64,000 nucleotides of DNA, taken from positions 207,638,001-207,702,000 of the forward strand of contig OX597815.1 of NCBI GenBank assembly GCA_951406725.2, in the 5' to 3' direction. Each line of letters opens with the position of its first letter. Within the stretch, counting starts at the first letter, position 1. Position numbers and translations under genes: made by a program. Under the pieces are notes generated by a model that saw nothing but the letters and a program-made list of their open reading frames with translations, did not search any database and was not told the DNA's origin. The stretch is from Octopus vulgaris (Eukaryota). Positions 38,525-50,814 of this stretch are shown one piece after another.

Positions 38525-39296
38525 TTTGTAGATAATGTTTCAGCCTTCTTAATCCATTGATTCTTTATTATTTGTTGAAACATTTCAAAACCAATTTTAT
38601 GCCATATCTCATGTTTTACGTTTATGTTTTGATTTCTCACTACTGCTTTGTTTTAGAATTCTTGGAAATCATTGACTGCATTAAAAGTGATTTAAAAGAA
38701 ACCATTCACTCATACACTTATTACAAACATTCACATACATGTACATGTACACATCTTCCTAAACACCTCCTCTCCACTGCGTTCAACACTCTCCCTGCAT
38801 TTATCTCCCACTCACTCACCCTGTTCAATCCTCTGTTTCACTTCACTTGCAGTCACGTCCCTGTCCCAACATATCTTCTTCACTAGTTTCTCAAACTCTC
38901 CCCCTTTCTTTCCTTCTCTCTCTCCCTCTCTTTCTTTGTCTCTTGCCTCTCTATTTTTCCAACTGGGGTAGTCATGTATCTCCTCTACAGCAAGGCACTA
39001 CCCCCTTTTTGTCCTTCTATCATACTTTAACATCTCATCACCTGGCACAAGACCACTTCTCACAATACAACTCTCCCCTCAGTTGTGGGTCATGTCTTGC
39101 AAGTTACTTGGTGGCTTTGCCAGTGGCCTGTAACCCCCACCCCTAATAAACTCTGTAAAGTGGTTGGCATTAGGAGGCCATGCCAATGCAGTCTGATGAG
39201 TATGATGCAATCTTCCAGTTCATCAGCTCTTGTCAAAACAATCCAACCCATGCCTGCATGGAAAGCAAACATCAAATGGTGATTATGATGATAATG

Positions 39297-39327
<31 letters not shown>

Positions 39328-39439
39328 CTTTTCTACTCTAGACACAAGGCATGAAATTTTGGAGGGAAGGGGTCCAGTCAATTAGGATGAAGGACAGGGA
39401 AGTGCTTAATAGATGTAGTGTATATAGTTTTTATTTAAT

Positions 39440-39470
39440 GACTCGAGTTTCATACCATTGCAATCTTCAG
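39440..39470 (-). ncRNA. Minimal type I hammerhead-ribozyme-like motif
   Basis: Minus strand: CUGAAGA-uugc-aaug-guau-GAAAC-ucga-GUC with palindromic helix III (acucgagu). Helix I is weak. Confidence 0.55.
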
Positions 39471-39549
39471 GCAAGAACACTACCTGAAGATCAATTTCAA
39501 TAAATTGCATACATAATTATATAGGGGATATATATATATATATATATAT

Positions 39550-39830
39550 CAGCACCGAGTCTATACTGTAAAGTGGCTGACGTTTGGAAGGGCATCCAGC
39601 TGTAAAAACCTTGCCAAAACTGACCTCACCTGTGCTTGTGCTACATAAAAAGCACAAAGTCCGCTCTGCTGAGTGGTTGGTGTTAGGAAAGGCATCCAGC
39701 TGCAAAAATCCTGCTAAAACGGTTACAGAAGTCTGGTGCAGGCTTCTACCTGGCCGGCTTTTGTCAAACTGTCCCACCCATGCTAGCATAGGAGGCGGAC
39801 ATTAAACAGTGATGATGATGGTGATGATGA
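39550..39830 (+). mobile_element. Repeat family C, diverged
   Basis: gagtggttggtgttaggaaaggcatccagc ... (gat)n. Confidence 0.7.
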
Positions 39831-39864
39831 TATTGTGTGAAGGCACTTGACCTAGCAGTTAGGG

Positions 39865-40083
39865 CAGTGGTTTTCAACCAGGGTTCCGCGGAACCTTAGG
39901 GTTCCACCAGTACAGTCCAGGGGTTCCGCAAGAAGTTACAAAACTGCTAAAATCGGCAGTAATTTTTAATTCTCCAGTGCAGATATGTGTGCAAAAGACT
40001 ATTAAATTATTGCACAGGGGTTCCTCGAGCCAGTGGAATATTTCCTTGGGGTTCCGCTCCAGCAAAAATGGTGAAAAGCACTA
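39865..40083. mobile_element. hAT-type MITE nested in a SINE family D head
   Basis: cagtgg...cacta termini, 8-bp TSD agttaggg/agttagga. Inverted homolog at 55503-55721. Confidence 0.85.
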
Positions 40084-40442
40084 AGTTAGGATGTTGCCCT
40101 TATGATTGCTAGATTGTGGGTTTGATTCCTGCACGGGGTGACACATTATGTTCTTGAGCAAAACACTTCATTTCACATTGCTCTGCAATCATTTCGACAT
40201 CATATGTGTGACACACTTGAGTACCTGCACAGATAACGTTGATTTGATGGGGGAGGGAGCTAATGTACAGCTTATACATTTGATCATTATAAACAAATCA
40301 TTTTCACAGTAAATCATGTTCAGTAAAACTGCACAATCATACATCATCTTCAATGGAAGATTCCATCATACATATATATTGTCCCCTGTCTAAGGAAGTA
40401 TAAGGATTTTCCATGCAGACATACACAATGGTCTTTAGTTTC

Positions 40443-40666
40443 CTATTTCTTTATTGCTCACATGGAGGGGACAAACAAGGACAGACAAAGGGATTAAGTC
40501 GGTTAGATATCAACCCCAGTGCGTAACTGGTACTTAATTCATCGACCCTGAAAGGATGAAAGGCAAAGTTGACCTTGGCGGAATATGAACTCAGAACATA
40601 ATGGCAGATGAAATGCTGCTGAGCATTTCGCCCAGCCTGCTAACGTTTCTGCCAGCTCGCCGCCTT
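40443..40666 (-). mobile_element. SINE family B nested in a family A copy
   Basis: Homology to the 38056 units. Family A 5' half follows at 40667-40818. Flanking ctttagtttcc duplication. Confidence 0.8.
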
Positions 40667-40927
40667 CTTTAGTTTCCATCTACCGAATTCACTCACAAGA
40701 TTTTGGTCTGCCAGAGGCTATTCAGAAGACTCTTACCCAAGATGTTGTGCAGGGGGACTGAACCAGAAACCGCATAGTTCCAAAGTGAACTCCTTACCCA
40801 TGTAGCTGTGGCTGCACCAATATCCGTGTGCATGTGAGTGTTTGTGTGTGTTTGTGTATAAGAGAGAGAGTGAGTATGTGCACATGTAGACACACACAAA
40901 CACACAATAGTTTCTGTCTACAAATTG

Positions 40928-41265
40928 CAGGTGCATAGCTCAGTGGTTAGAGTGTCGGGCTCACAATCATGAGGTAGTGAGTTTGATTCCTGGACCAGGC
41001 TGGGTGTTGTGTTCTTGAGCAAGGCACTTTATTTCATATTTCTTCAGTTCACACAGTGGTGGAAATGAGTTGCGACGTCACTGGTACCAAGCTGTATTGA
41101 CCTTTACTTTTCCCTTGGATGCATCAGTGGCATGGCGAGGGGAGGCTGGTATGCATGGACGACTGCTGATCTTCCATAAACAACCTTGACTGGACTTGTG
41201 CCTCAGTGGCAAACTTTCTAGATGCAATCCCATGGTCGTTCATGTCTGAAGGGATCTTTATCTTT
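40928..41265 (+). mobile_element. tRNA-derived SINE family D (CORE-like)
   Basis: tagctcagtggttagag A-box, gagtttgattcc B-box, gttgtgttcttgagcaaggcacttta. Homolog at 52120-52430. Confidence 0.8.
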
Positions 41266-41650
41266 TACAAATTGTACACTAATTCCATTCATAAAACATT
41301 GATCAAGCTGAAGTTACAGTGGAAGTGACTTGCCTAGGGTGCCATGTTATGAAATAGAACATAAGACTTCATGGTTACAAAATAAACTTTGTGCACAACT
41401 CAGAAAACTTAGAATAATGTTGATGTGCAGTACTAGTATACACTAACCAAATTAGACAAACTTACATTGATTTAGCTTTCTGTAACCTAAAATAAATTCT
41501 CACCAAGTCAAGAAAAGATACTTTGCACAATCACTGAAGATGCTAGAAATAACAAACAAGTTTCCCTCACAAAATGAGGAAAGACACACACAAAAGCAAT
41601 CTTACAAATTTCTCCATCCATTTTCCATCTTATTTTAAAGTTAAACTTAC

Positions 41651-41729
41651 TGTCTTCATCAACGAGGAAAACTTCAGAACTGGGATCTTCAATAAGTGTG
41701 CAGTCTATCAGAGGAATTTTCCCTTGTTG
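41651..41729 (-). CDS. RasGRF: RasGRF exon (first in window), PH2 domain: QQGKIPLIDCTLIEDPSSEVFLVDED
   Basis: ctttccag acceptor, gtaagt donor, 79 nt, phase 0 to 1. Resembles RASGRF1 PH2 'GVISLIDCTLLEEP' as recalled. Confidence 0.9.
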
Positions 41730-42099
41730 CTGGAAAGAATCCACAGAAAGTAAATTTTATAGTAAAAATTATAAATTTCGGTTTTTATGATTATAACAAA
41801 ATAATGAAGGTTTTAATGATTACTACAATAGTTTTATAGATTACCCTGGTAGAGAAAAAAGAATATATAAAAACAAAAGAAATTCAGTGGAAATGTGTTT
41901 TCAGAATGGAAATGGAAAACAACGGTCTAAAAAATAGAAGGACATTCATTGAATTACAGCACCGATAGCAATAATGGCAATGATGGTATTTTTTGTAGAA
42001 ACACAGCAAAGAGTAAAAAAAATTACATCCTGTATTCATATAAAACATGGTGGTTGAAGAGATACAATTTTACAGAAAATAAACTCAAATTACACCTTA

Positions 42100-42138
<39 letters not shown>

Positions 42139-42211
42139 GGATAATATCGATATTAAATATCGATATTATCAAGTAGCCAGCATGGGAAAAAATACCATAC
42201 AAAGGTAATAA

Positions 42212-42455
42212 TTTTTTTCAACTATAAATAAGGGTGTCTGAGGGACACCACCATGCCAAAATAGCAGTCAAATCCTGACTCTAAAAGCCACCTAAAATGT
42301 TCATATCGCACCACAAGATAAAACAGAGAGACAAAATAAACCGTCTTATCTCGTGGTGCAATATGAACATTTTTGGTGGCTTTTAGAGTCAGGATTTGAC
42401 TGCTATTTCAGCATGGTGGTGTCCCTCAGACACCCTTATTTATAGTTGAAAAAAA
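42212..42455. repeat. Long near-perfect inverted repeat (~112-bp arms, 18-nt loop), family P2 Penelope-like relic
   Basis: Arms at 42212-42324 and 42343-42455. Homologous to parts of 45596-45835. Confidence 0.9.
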
Positions 42456-44013
42456 AAAATATATATATATATATATATGTACATATATATACATATGTAC
42501 GTAAATATGGATATTGTTTTCATATTTGTTTTGCAAGATTGTTGATGAAAAATTGTGACTTGAAATGGATGTTGTACTTTGGGTGGGTCAGTTCTTCAAT
42601 TATACAAGGTTGCATTTCACTTCTTTTTCTTAGTATTTGTTAACGAGCTAAATTATTAACCGATCAATTTTTGATCATTCATTCAGTCAGTCCATTCGAT
42701 TCCCTTCCTTATAGCTTGTGCCCGTGTCCTCACATTGATATGCACTTCCAGTTAGTGTGAAGCTAACAGGAGATGCTCAGAGATATGAGGGGCAGATAAG
42801 GGCCACTGGCTGTGGTGAAAGGACTGAGGTGACCAATGTGATCAATTCATCACATGACTCACTAAAAAATTGATGAGTTAATAAGTGAGCCAACAATAAT
42901 TAAAAGAAATGAAATACAAACTGCATGTGTGTGTTTTGGTTGGTTAATGACCCTCCAAAGTACTTTATATATAAAATACTTACATATATGTAAAATACTT
43001 AAATATGCATAAAATCATCAATATCATCATTACCATCAACATTGTCATTTTACATCCATTTCAATATCTGGCATTTGTTAGACCGGTCCGAGTCAGCTCC
43101 TATTCAAAGTTACTGCATCTTGCTTTTACATTTCATCTGGTATGATTTTTACGATTGGATATTCTTTCTTAAACAAACCGTTTTGCAGAGTGTACTGGTT
43201 GTATTTTATTATGGCACCAGCATTAGCAAGGTTGTCATGTATGTGACAAGACTCACCAACCAAATAGAGTGTATTGGGTGCATTTTATTGTGGCACCAGC
43301 ACTAAAGATGTAGTCTTATCCTCTGTAAGACTAATAATAAATCCTTTCTATTCCAAGTTGTTTCCGTTTATTCACAACAGACATAACCAAGAGAATGGAT
43401 TAGAATATGAGTAAGAATGCAAGAGAAAATACGATGAAAGGGGAGACATGAAAGAGAGACAATGACAAGTGGGGTCATTAAAGGGAAATAATAGAAATGG
43501 CAGAGAATGGTGTAAGCCAACAATGCGTAGAGTGATATGGGATGGCTAATGTGAGAGCAAAGGGAAATAAGCAATAAAGATGTGTGATAACAAGAATGAT
43601 ATGAAGGTAAGATAATGATAGCTAGCCATCTCCTCTTCCACAGATGTCATGGTGACAGAGTGATACGAAGTGATGGTGGGGGGAATTGAAGAAAAAGGCC
43701 AGTACACAACAGTGAATAGGAGAGAGGGAGGAGTGAGAAATAGATGAGAAAATAATGAAGGCAGTAAATGAAGAGTTGACAGGAATATAACATAATGGAG
43801 AAGTCTGAAAGTAGATATATTACATGTTCCAAACTATTTTGCCGCCATTTTTTAATGAGCATTTTTTTTTACACTTGCAATAATGGGTTCATCGTTTTAG
43901 GCACCATTTGCTGTAAGTCAACACAATTCTAAATATATAAATTTATTTTGAGTATGCTTGCAATTCTAATAACTGTTATGATACATTTTAAATTAAGTTA
44001 CATTTATATACCA

Positions 44014-44399
44014 CTAGCAGTATCGCCCGGTGTTGCTCAGGTTTGTAAGGGAAATAACTATAAAGCATTTTTAGAGAGTTATAGCCAAAAAACAGCAAAA
44101 AAATGGGAAAAAATAATGGTAAATTTTTTTTTGAGATTTAAAAAAGGTGGAGTTGCGTCCCCTAGACAGTTTGTGGTTCGTGTTTCTGATTCTCGACCCC
44201 ATGTCGAATTTATCGATTTTTTTTCAGAACTGGGGGAACTTTTCAAAATTTTCGCTGCGTTAGTTTTGAATTATGACATTGGGCTATGTGTGTGTCAAGT
44301 TTCATCAGAATCGGTTGAAAGCCGTGGTCAGGGTGAGGGTACAAGCAAACAGACACACAGAAACACGCACAGACAAACTGCCGTTTATATAGAGAGAGA
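44014..44399 (-). mobile_element. Non-autonomous Helitron
   Basis: Minus strand starts TC and ends gcaacaccgggcgatactgCTAG, the same 3' end as 6272-6674; A|T site. Confidence 0.8.
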
Positions 44400-44442
44400 T
44401 TTGTGTTTACTTTTTGAAAACAAAAAGTGTGTTTGTAATACA

Positions 44443-44706
44443 CGCAGCAAGTTTAGATGGGCTGGACACGTCGCCCGGCTCACCGATAATTGGTGGATCC
44501 GTGCAGTTGTTGAGTGGTACCCGCACAAGCGGAAACAATGTCTTTGAAGGCCTCCACGATGGTGGAGTTACAATTTCAGGAGGGCGATTGGGATCACGTG
44601 GATGAGGAAGTTAGGTGTGATCCAGAGAGGAGTGGACAGTGTGCTGTGATCAACAGTGTCAAATGGACGCCCGACGGACTGGTCGGTCAAGGTGATCGAG
44701 GTGATA
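44443..44706 (+). mobile_element. RTE-clade LINE 3' fragment
   Basis: KFRWAGHVARLTDN.W...VVEWYP..RK...RPPRW motif; short aggtgat repeat tail. Confidence 0.8.
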
Positions 44707-45025
44707 TATATATATATATATATACACACACATACACATGTGAGTGGAGAAATAAAAGAAAGTGGCATTCAACACATTTAGTAGGAGTTGCATGTATTAT
44801 TCAATAACACTTTGGCTCAGTTCCCTCTGACTCAAATGTCTGTAGGCTCAAATCTATCTAAATACCTGACAAGATAGGTTCATCCTGTGAACCTACTAAA
44901 CTTTAAGTCATCTGGAGCTGAGTCAAGCTCTTATTAAATATATAAATATGTACATACATATAGGTTTGGTGGTACAAAGAGGAAAATTAAACTCAGGATA
45001 TGAGAATGTGTATGTGTGTGTGTGT

Positions 45026-45270
45026 GTGGAGGCGCGTGACTTAGTGGTCAGGATGTCAGCATTACGATCGCAAGATTGTGGTTTCGATTCTTGGACAACG
45101 CGTTGTGTTCTTGAGCAAAACACTTCATTTCACGTTGCTCCAGTCCACTCAATTGGCAAAAATGAGTAACACTGTGATGGACTGGCGTCCCATCCAGCTG
45201 GGGAACACATAGAAACCGGGAAACCGGGCCCATGAGCCTGGCTAAGCTTTAAAAGGGTGCATTTATTTTA
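45026..45270 (+). mobile_element. tRNA-derived SINE (family D-related)
   Basis: ggaggcgcgtgacttagtggtcagg..ggtttcgattc head plus gttgtgttcttgagcaaaacac. Confidence 0.75.
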
Positions 45271-45282
45271 TTTTATTATATA

Positions 45283-45332
<50 letters not shown>

Positions 45333-45595
45333 ATATCATTAATATTCAGTAGTCTTATTTTTATCATGTGCATTACCTGCATTACCAAGCACAGCTGTGT
45401 GTGCCTTGGGTATGTGCTGCAGTTTGTTTTGGCGCTGTTATTTTCACTGTACTGAAAGCACTTTATGTAGGATGTATGTGGTGCCTAGTGGTGCTATTTT
45501 CTGTATGCTATCTACATACATAAGTCCTAGTGTTTTGGTTATGTATTTGTCTGAATGTTTTTTAATCATACCTAATGCACCTATTATTATATAAA

Positions 45596-46040
45596 TAAGG
45601 ATAAGACCATTATTTGAAATAACTATCATATCAAATGGCCAGCACGGGAAGAAAAACCTTATAGGTAATAATTATTATTAAAATTATAATTGACTGAGAC
45701 TATCCAGTAATTTGCTTGTTTATTTGTCTACTTGTGTTTTCACCTTGTGCTGTATGAATACTTGATGTAGTTTTGGAGTCAGGCTTTGACTGCCATCTCT
45801 AGCATGGTGGTATCTTAGGTACCCTATATTATAATTATATATACATATATAGGGTATGAGAGGTATTGGTGTCAAAAGACCCAAAGGTGTCAGGTAATGC
45901 TGAGTAAGTGCTATGGACAGACTAAACATTTCCTTACACCATCTCTGATGAAAGGACATATAAAATATCCTGGAAACAGCTGTAAGGCCTTCTCTTTATA
46001 AATGTTCTGTAAACTATTCACAGCCTTAGATTTTTTTTAT
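45596..46040. mobile_element. Family P2 Penelope-like relic carrying a hammerhead motif
   Basis: 45596-45690 resembles 42136-42230. 45770-45835 resembles the right arm of the 42212 hairpin. Contains the motif at 45941-45987. Confidence 0.65.
45941..45987 (+). ncRNA. Minimal type I hammerhead-ribozyme-like motif
   Basis: CUGAUGA (45945-51), helix II agga/uccu, GAAAC-agcu-GUA (45973-84) with palindromic helix III acagcugu, short helix I ucu/agg. Confidence 0.65.
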
Positions 46041-46062
46041 CTCATTCTGTTAATTTATATAT

Positions 46063-46097
<35 letters not shown>

Positions 46098-46118
46098 CAT
46101 ATTTATACACTCACACAC

Positions 46119-46149
<31 letters not shown>

Positions 46150-48299
46150 TATGTCTATACATACACACCTATTCTTTTTGTTTTAAAAAATATGATGCAA
46201 TATATAAATAAAACGTAACTTAAGATTCACTGCTACTGCTATTAGAATCGCAAGCACACATGAAGTAAATATTTTGACAACGAAGAAACCTAAAACCGTT
46301 TCTTTTATTTATTCAAAAGCATACTTGATTATAGAAGGATAAATATCAAAGTAAAACGAACAAAGGCGAAAGGTATTGAACTGCCAGCACATGTGTCCTG
46401 CATTTAGATATGCTTCAGGGTGTTGGAATGGTTTTCTGTGCTGAAGAATTTTTGTACAACTCATAGTTCTACTCATAGTCTGGACTACCTACCACACCAT
46501 CTGGAAATGTTACATGCAATATACAGGCTCAGATAGGGATTTTGGTGCTTAGGGAGTTTTTACTTTGAAGGCAAAAAAAAGAAGAAAATAGAAACACTGT
46601 ATATTTAGATGAAGTTTCCATTTTCCTCATAGATTTATTTGTAGTTCATAAAATCAAAAATTTATATAAGAAATACACCTCTAAACAGAGTGTATCAATT
46701 TGTCATGTACTTATTATTGATGGCTAAAAAGTGCATTTCTACTCAATCAATTTTATTATTTGACACATTCAGTTTTCACTTTTCCTTAGAAAAGTTTTGA
46801 GGAAGGACAAAAAAATTAAACGAAATATTCATTTCCAACCTTAAAACAAGAGAACTGATGCTTCAAAACTTCTTGAGAACAATTCATTTTGATTCCATTA
46901 CAAGACATGTCACAAGAAAAAAAAAAGGTACATTTCTCTAACTACGGTGCATGGTGATTAACAAACATACAATGTGCATTAATGATTCACTGGTTATAAT
47001 GATTCAATACAGCAACACAGCACAAGCTCACAATACTTATTTACCCTTTACTGACAATACTACTCCAGTAGTAATTCTTTGGTGATATGAAGTGTCTTAT
47101 AAACATTATCAAAAACACTGAAAATTTTTTTTGAATGACCTTAATCTTACCAAAACACTATCTGCCATATACCGTTTCCAAGGATTAAATCTTTATCAAA
47201 ATATTGAAAGTAACTATTGCAACTGAAAAATAAATTTCTACCACATCGGCTTCATGAATGGTTTTGCTTCCATAAAGTCAGCTTTGTTTAAGAGATTCCA
47301 GTACAGCTTCACACTGAATTACTTTTTCATAAGCTATTCTATTGGATCGGTTTATTTTTGGATCTTGCAGGAATTGGAAGACAGATGGCTGTTTTTGTTG
47401 CAGTTGTTATGTAGACTTGGTTGACTTTGATTAAAGAGACTTCTACACGAAAGTAACCAATTATATGCCTAGGTATAATCTTGCTGTAACATGTACCATG
47501 TTTTCTGGCATGTAAGATGCACTTTCTTCTCAAAATATTGTCTTGAAAAAAGAAAAAGGAAATCTTCTTGGGTTCTTTAGTCAAGATTCATTTAAGTGTT
47601 ACATGTTTTAATGCGCTAAAAGCATTTTTTTCCCTGAAAATGCACTGTTGAAATTAGGATGCATCTAATATACCTTGTGTCATTTATGCCAACGAATATA
47701 GTAGCAGTAATAGTTATTGTAGTTTAGTTGATGCCCTGATAAAGCAGACTTATATTTAGCACGGACCAGTCAAATGATGAAGTGTTTGAGAACCATAGTG
47801 AATTCTCTGAAAAAGCATTGGTTCATTAAATGAAGCACGGGCCAGCAGTCTAGACGTTTCTCACACTATTCAGTCAGTTATCACATACTTTGTTGTGTAG
47901 CTAGCATGAAATTTATCTTTGTTGAAAGGGAAAACAATGACTTAATTTAGATATGTTTTTTAAGCATTTATCAGATTTATCAGTTAAACAAATGTGTAAT
48001 CATTAAGTGCTTAGAAAGTTTAACCTTAAAAAGGGATTAGGAATAGAGGGTGTTTCATGTTGATGTAAGACAATATATTTTAATGAAGCTAGTTCATCTC
48101 AGATGTTTAGGCTTCATATTAGTTTTCTATATTTTCTATTTTTTATTGTTTAATTACACTATAATAGGTGTGTGTGTGTGTGTACTTTTCTATCATATCA
48201 TTCCACACACTCAAATAAGACATCATGTTTATCTCATCCATGTACATACATAAATGGGAAATATGGTTATACAATAAAAATATGAATATAGATGATTGT

Positions 48300-48535
48300 A
48301 TTGCAGTGTGGAAGGTGTTTATAAATCATTTAAGAAACACACAAAACTGTTAGATTCACTTTGAGACTGCGAGCTGTTCACTGACAAAATTCCTTGCTGC
48401 ATCTCTTTTGTCAGTGAACAGGTTGCGGTCTCAAAGTGACGAAAATATTTTGGCAAATTAAATTTAAATATTGAAGTGAATCTAATGGTTTTGTGTGTTT
48501 CTAAAACGGCTTATAAACACCTTCCACACTGCAAT
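48300..48535. repeat. Nested fold-back repeat (outer ~62-bp arms, inner ~33-bp arms)
   Basis: Outer attgcagtgtggaaggtgtttataa / ttataaacaccttccacactgcaat. Inner cactttgagac..ctgttcactgacaaaa / ttttgtcagtgaacag..gtctcaaagtg. Confidence 0.88.
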
Positions 48536-48853
48536 TGTTTTCATTCCAGCAAACGATCTCAGATCAGGTCACTTGCTATGCAAGTACATCTCCAATGATT
48601 ATATTCATATATGTAAATATTCTCATTAAACTAGTAGCAATGGACAGAGTTTCATCTGCAGGGCTCATTTCTAATAAATATAACCATTCTACCTATCACC
48701 TGTATTGAGGATTCATTTCAACTCTGGTCTTCCTGCTTCCATGCCAGTAATACGATGTATATATAGATTATATATAGATGCCATGACAGATCGTTAGCTA
48801 CTACACACATTTTTTTCTCTCTTTTTTTTCTTGCCTTGTTTTTTTCTGTGTCC

Positions 48854-48889
48854 CTTTCTGTCGAAGAGCATAGGCTCGAAACGTAAAAG
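48854..48889 (+). ncRNA. Variant hammerhead-like motif inside a short repeat (about 48780-48990)
   Basis: cuuu-CUGUCGA-a-gagc-auag-gcuc-GAAAC-GUA-aaag. Helix I and II pair, helix III is only the palindrome ACGU, and the core deviates from CUGANGA. Confidence 0.45.
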
Positions 48890-50814
48890 ACTTTTTCTAT
48901 TCCTGAGCGCTATACTAATACATTTGTTTGTTTGTACACCACCTGCCTTCATCTTTTGTTTATTTTCGTAAACTTTCCCTTTATATATAGATTACATATT
49001 TATGTGTGTGTGTGTCTCTATCTATCTATCCTCTCTCTCTCTCTTTCTATATATATATATATATATATACATACTACATACCTACAAATATTCTTTCTTT
49101 TTCTTTTATTGTTTTATTTGTTTCAGTCATTTGACTGTGGCCATACTGGAGTACCACCTTTAGTTAAACTAATATTAAGGGACTAGTATACTTTCTTGCA
49201 TTAAAGCAGTCTTCAAGGTCCCAGGTTATGACAGGAGTGTGTATATATATATATATATATACATACATACATACACACACATACATACACACACACACAC
49301 ATATATATATATATATGTATGTGTGTAATATCAATGTATATGTATACACACACACATACACATAAAATATAAATGTTAATGTTTTAGGGTTCCACACATG
49401 CCATCCAACAATATTTGTATTTATATATGTATCATCATCATCATCATCTTATATGATACACAAATATGTTCAGTTATTATAATTTTGCATTACTGTCTGT
49501 TATGCTAAGGAACTGCAATCCATTGTTTAAATACATAATCCGTTATGTACTGTTATCAAACATAACATATGTGTTCAATAGTATAAATGATGAATATTCA
49601 CCAAAACTGTTGTCACATAGGAGTGTGGGTTGTATGTCTGTTGGAAATTTTATCATTATAGACCAAATTTTCTATTCCTCTATTGAAGTTATACAATAAG
49701 TAAACAATATAAAACATGAAGCCTTTTCATCATATTTTAAACCTATTTTCACGTATTGATTCCTTACAGTGTATTGATATTCTTTAATTCTACTAACACT
49801 CTGAATTATAATTTATTTCCCAAATCCATTTGTTATTTCCAAAAAGAAAAATATTAAAAACAATATGGGTTTAAATCCTGCTTATTTGCTTATTGCCTTT
49901 TTTGTTCTCTGTTTCAATTTTGGAAATAAATGATAACGATGAATATAAACTATTTGTAAGTAAATCCAACTCATGCATTTAGACTTGCAACAAAATAGTG
50001 TTCAGACACAGTGAAAGAATGCCTTCGTATGTCATACTGTATAAGGTTTAAGCATAAGGTGTGGATTTGGCAGAATCATACAACTCAGCAATGGCAATCA
50101 TTTTCAACTGCATGAGACATGACTCATCATCAAGCAGGTTGCACGACTAAAAATGGGCATTATTTTAACTTGTGAAATGAAGTGTACCATTGAGATGGTC
50201 CCACAGGCCACATCATCAGGCCAGCCACCGCACAACTAAGAAATGTTATTTTTCTTTGTGAAAGTAAGTGTGCCATTCAGAAAGTCCAACAGGCCGTGGT
50301 TTATCTATCACAGTATTAATGTCAGATTGAATGCCTCGAGATATTTATACTAGCTTTCTGAGTTCAAATCCTACTCAAGATCAACTTTGCCTTTCATTAT
50401 TTCAGGTTGATAAAGTACCAGTTCAGTACTGCAGTTGATTCTTTTCTCTGTTTCCTTTACTATTGTTCTAGAAAAAATTAGCTGTGGTCAGGCCTGGAGA
50501 GAGATGGACTTATTAGGTCTACATTCCCAAGATACAACATACGTCACAATGGCACCCCTATGAATCCATCAGTAGCTAAGAGCTCAGTGCAAGACAAAAC
50601 AAAGGTTTAATTAAACCTCTGTTACAATAACTTTATTTACAATAGTTTAAACCTTCATTACTATATATATTTGTTACTATACAAACACTACATTTGTTTC
50701 AATTAATTTTTAAAGTAATTAAAAATTTAGTAAAATAACTGTCATTTTTAAGCTAGAGTTAGGAAAATATATTAACATGAAATTATGAAAGAAGGTTCAG
50801 TTCAAATTGCTTTA

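Noticed and set aside
43948-44547. 199-aa ORF
   Set aside because: Chance read-through across a Helitron into an RTE fragment; only the C-terminal part is LINE-derived.
46493-46500. Microexon-like tttccag|atggtgtg|gtaggt with upstream TGCATG on the minus strand
   Set aside because: 8 nt would frameshift the presumed phase-0 intron and the 12-nt alternative ends in a stop; no further support.
45900-49400. Hydrophobic or low-complexity short ORFs (YIYI, CVCV, HTHT)
   Set aside because: Translations of (TA)n and (CA)n microsatellites and AT-rich DNA.
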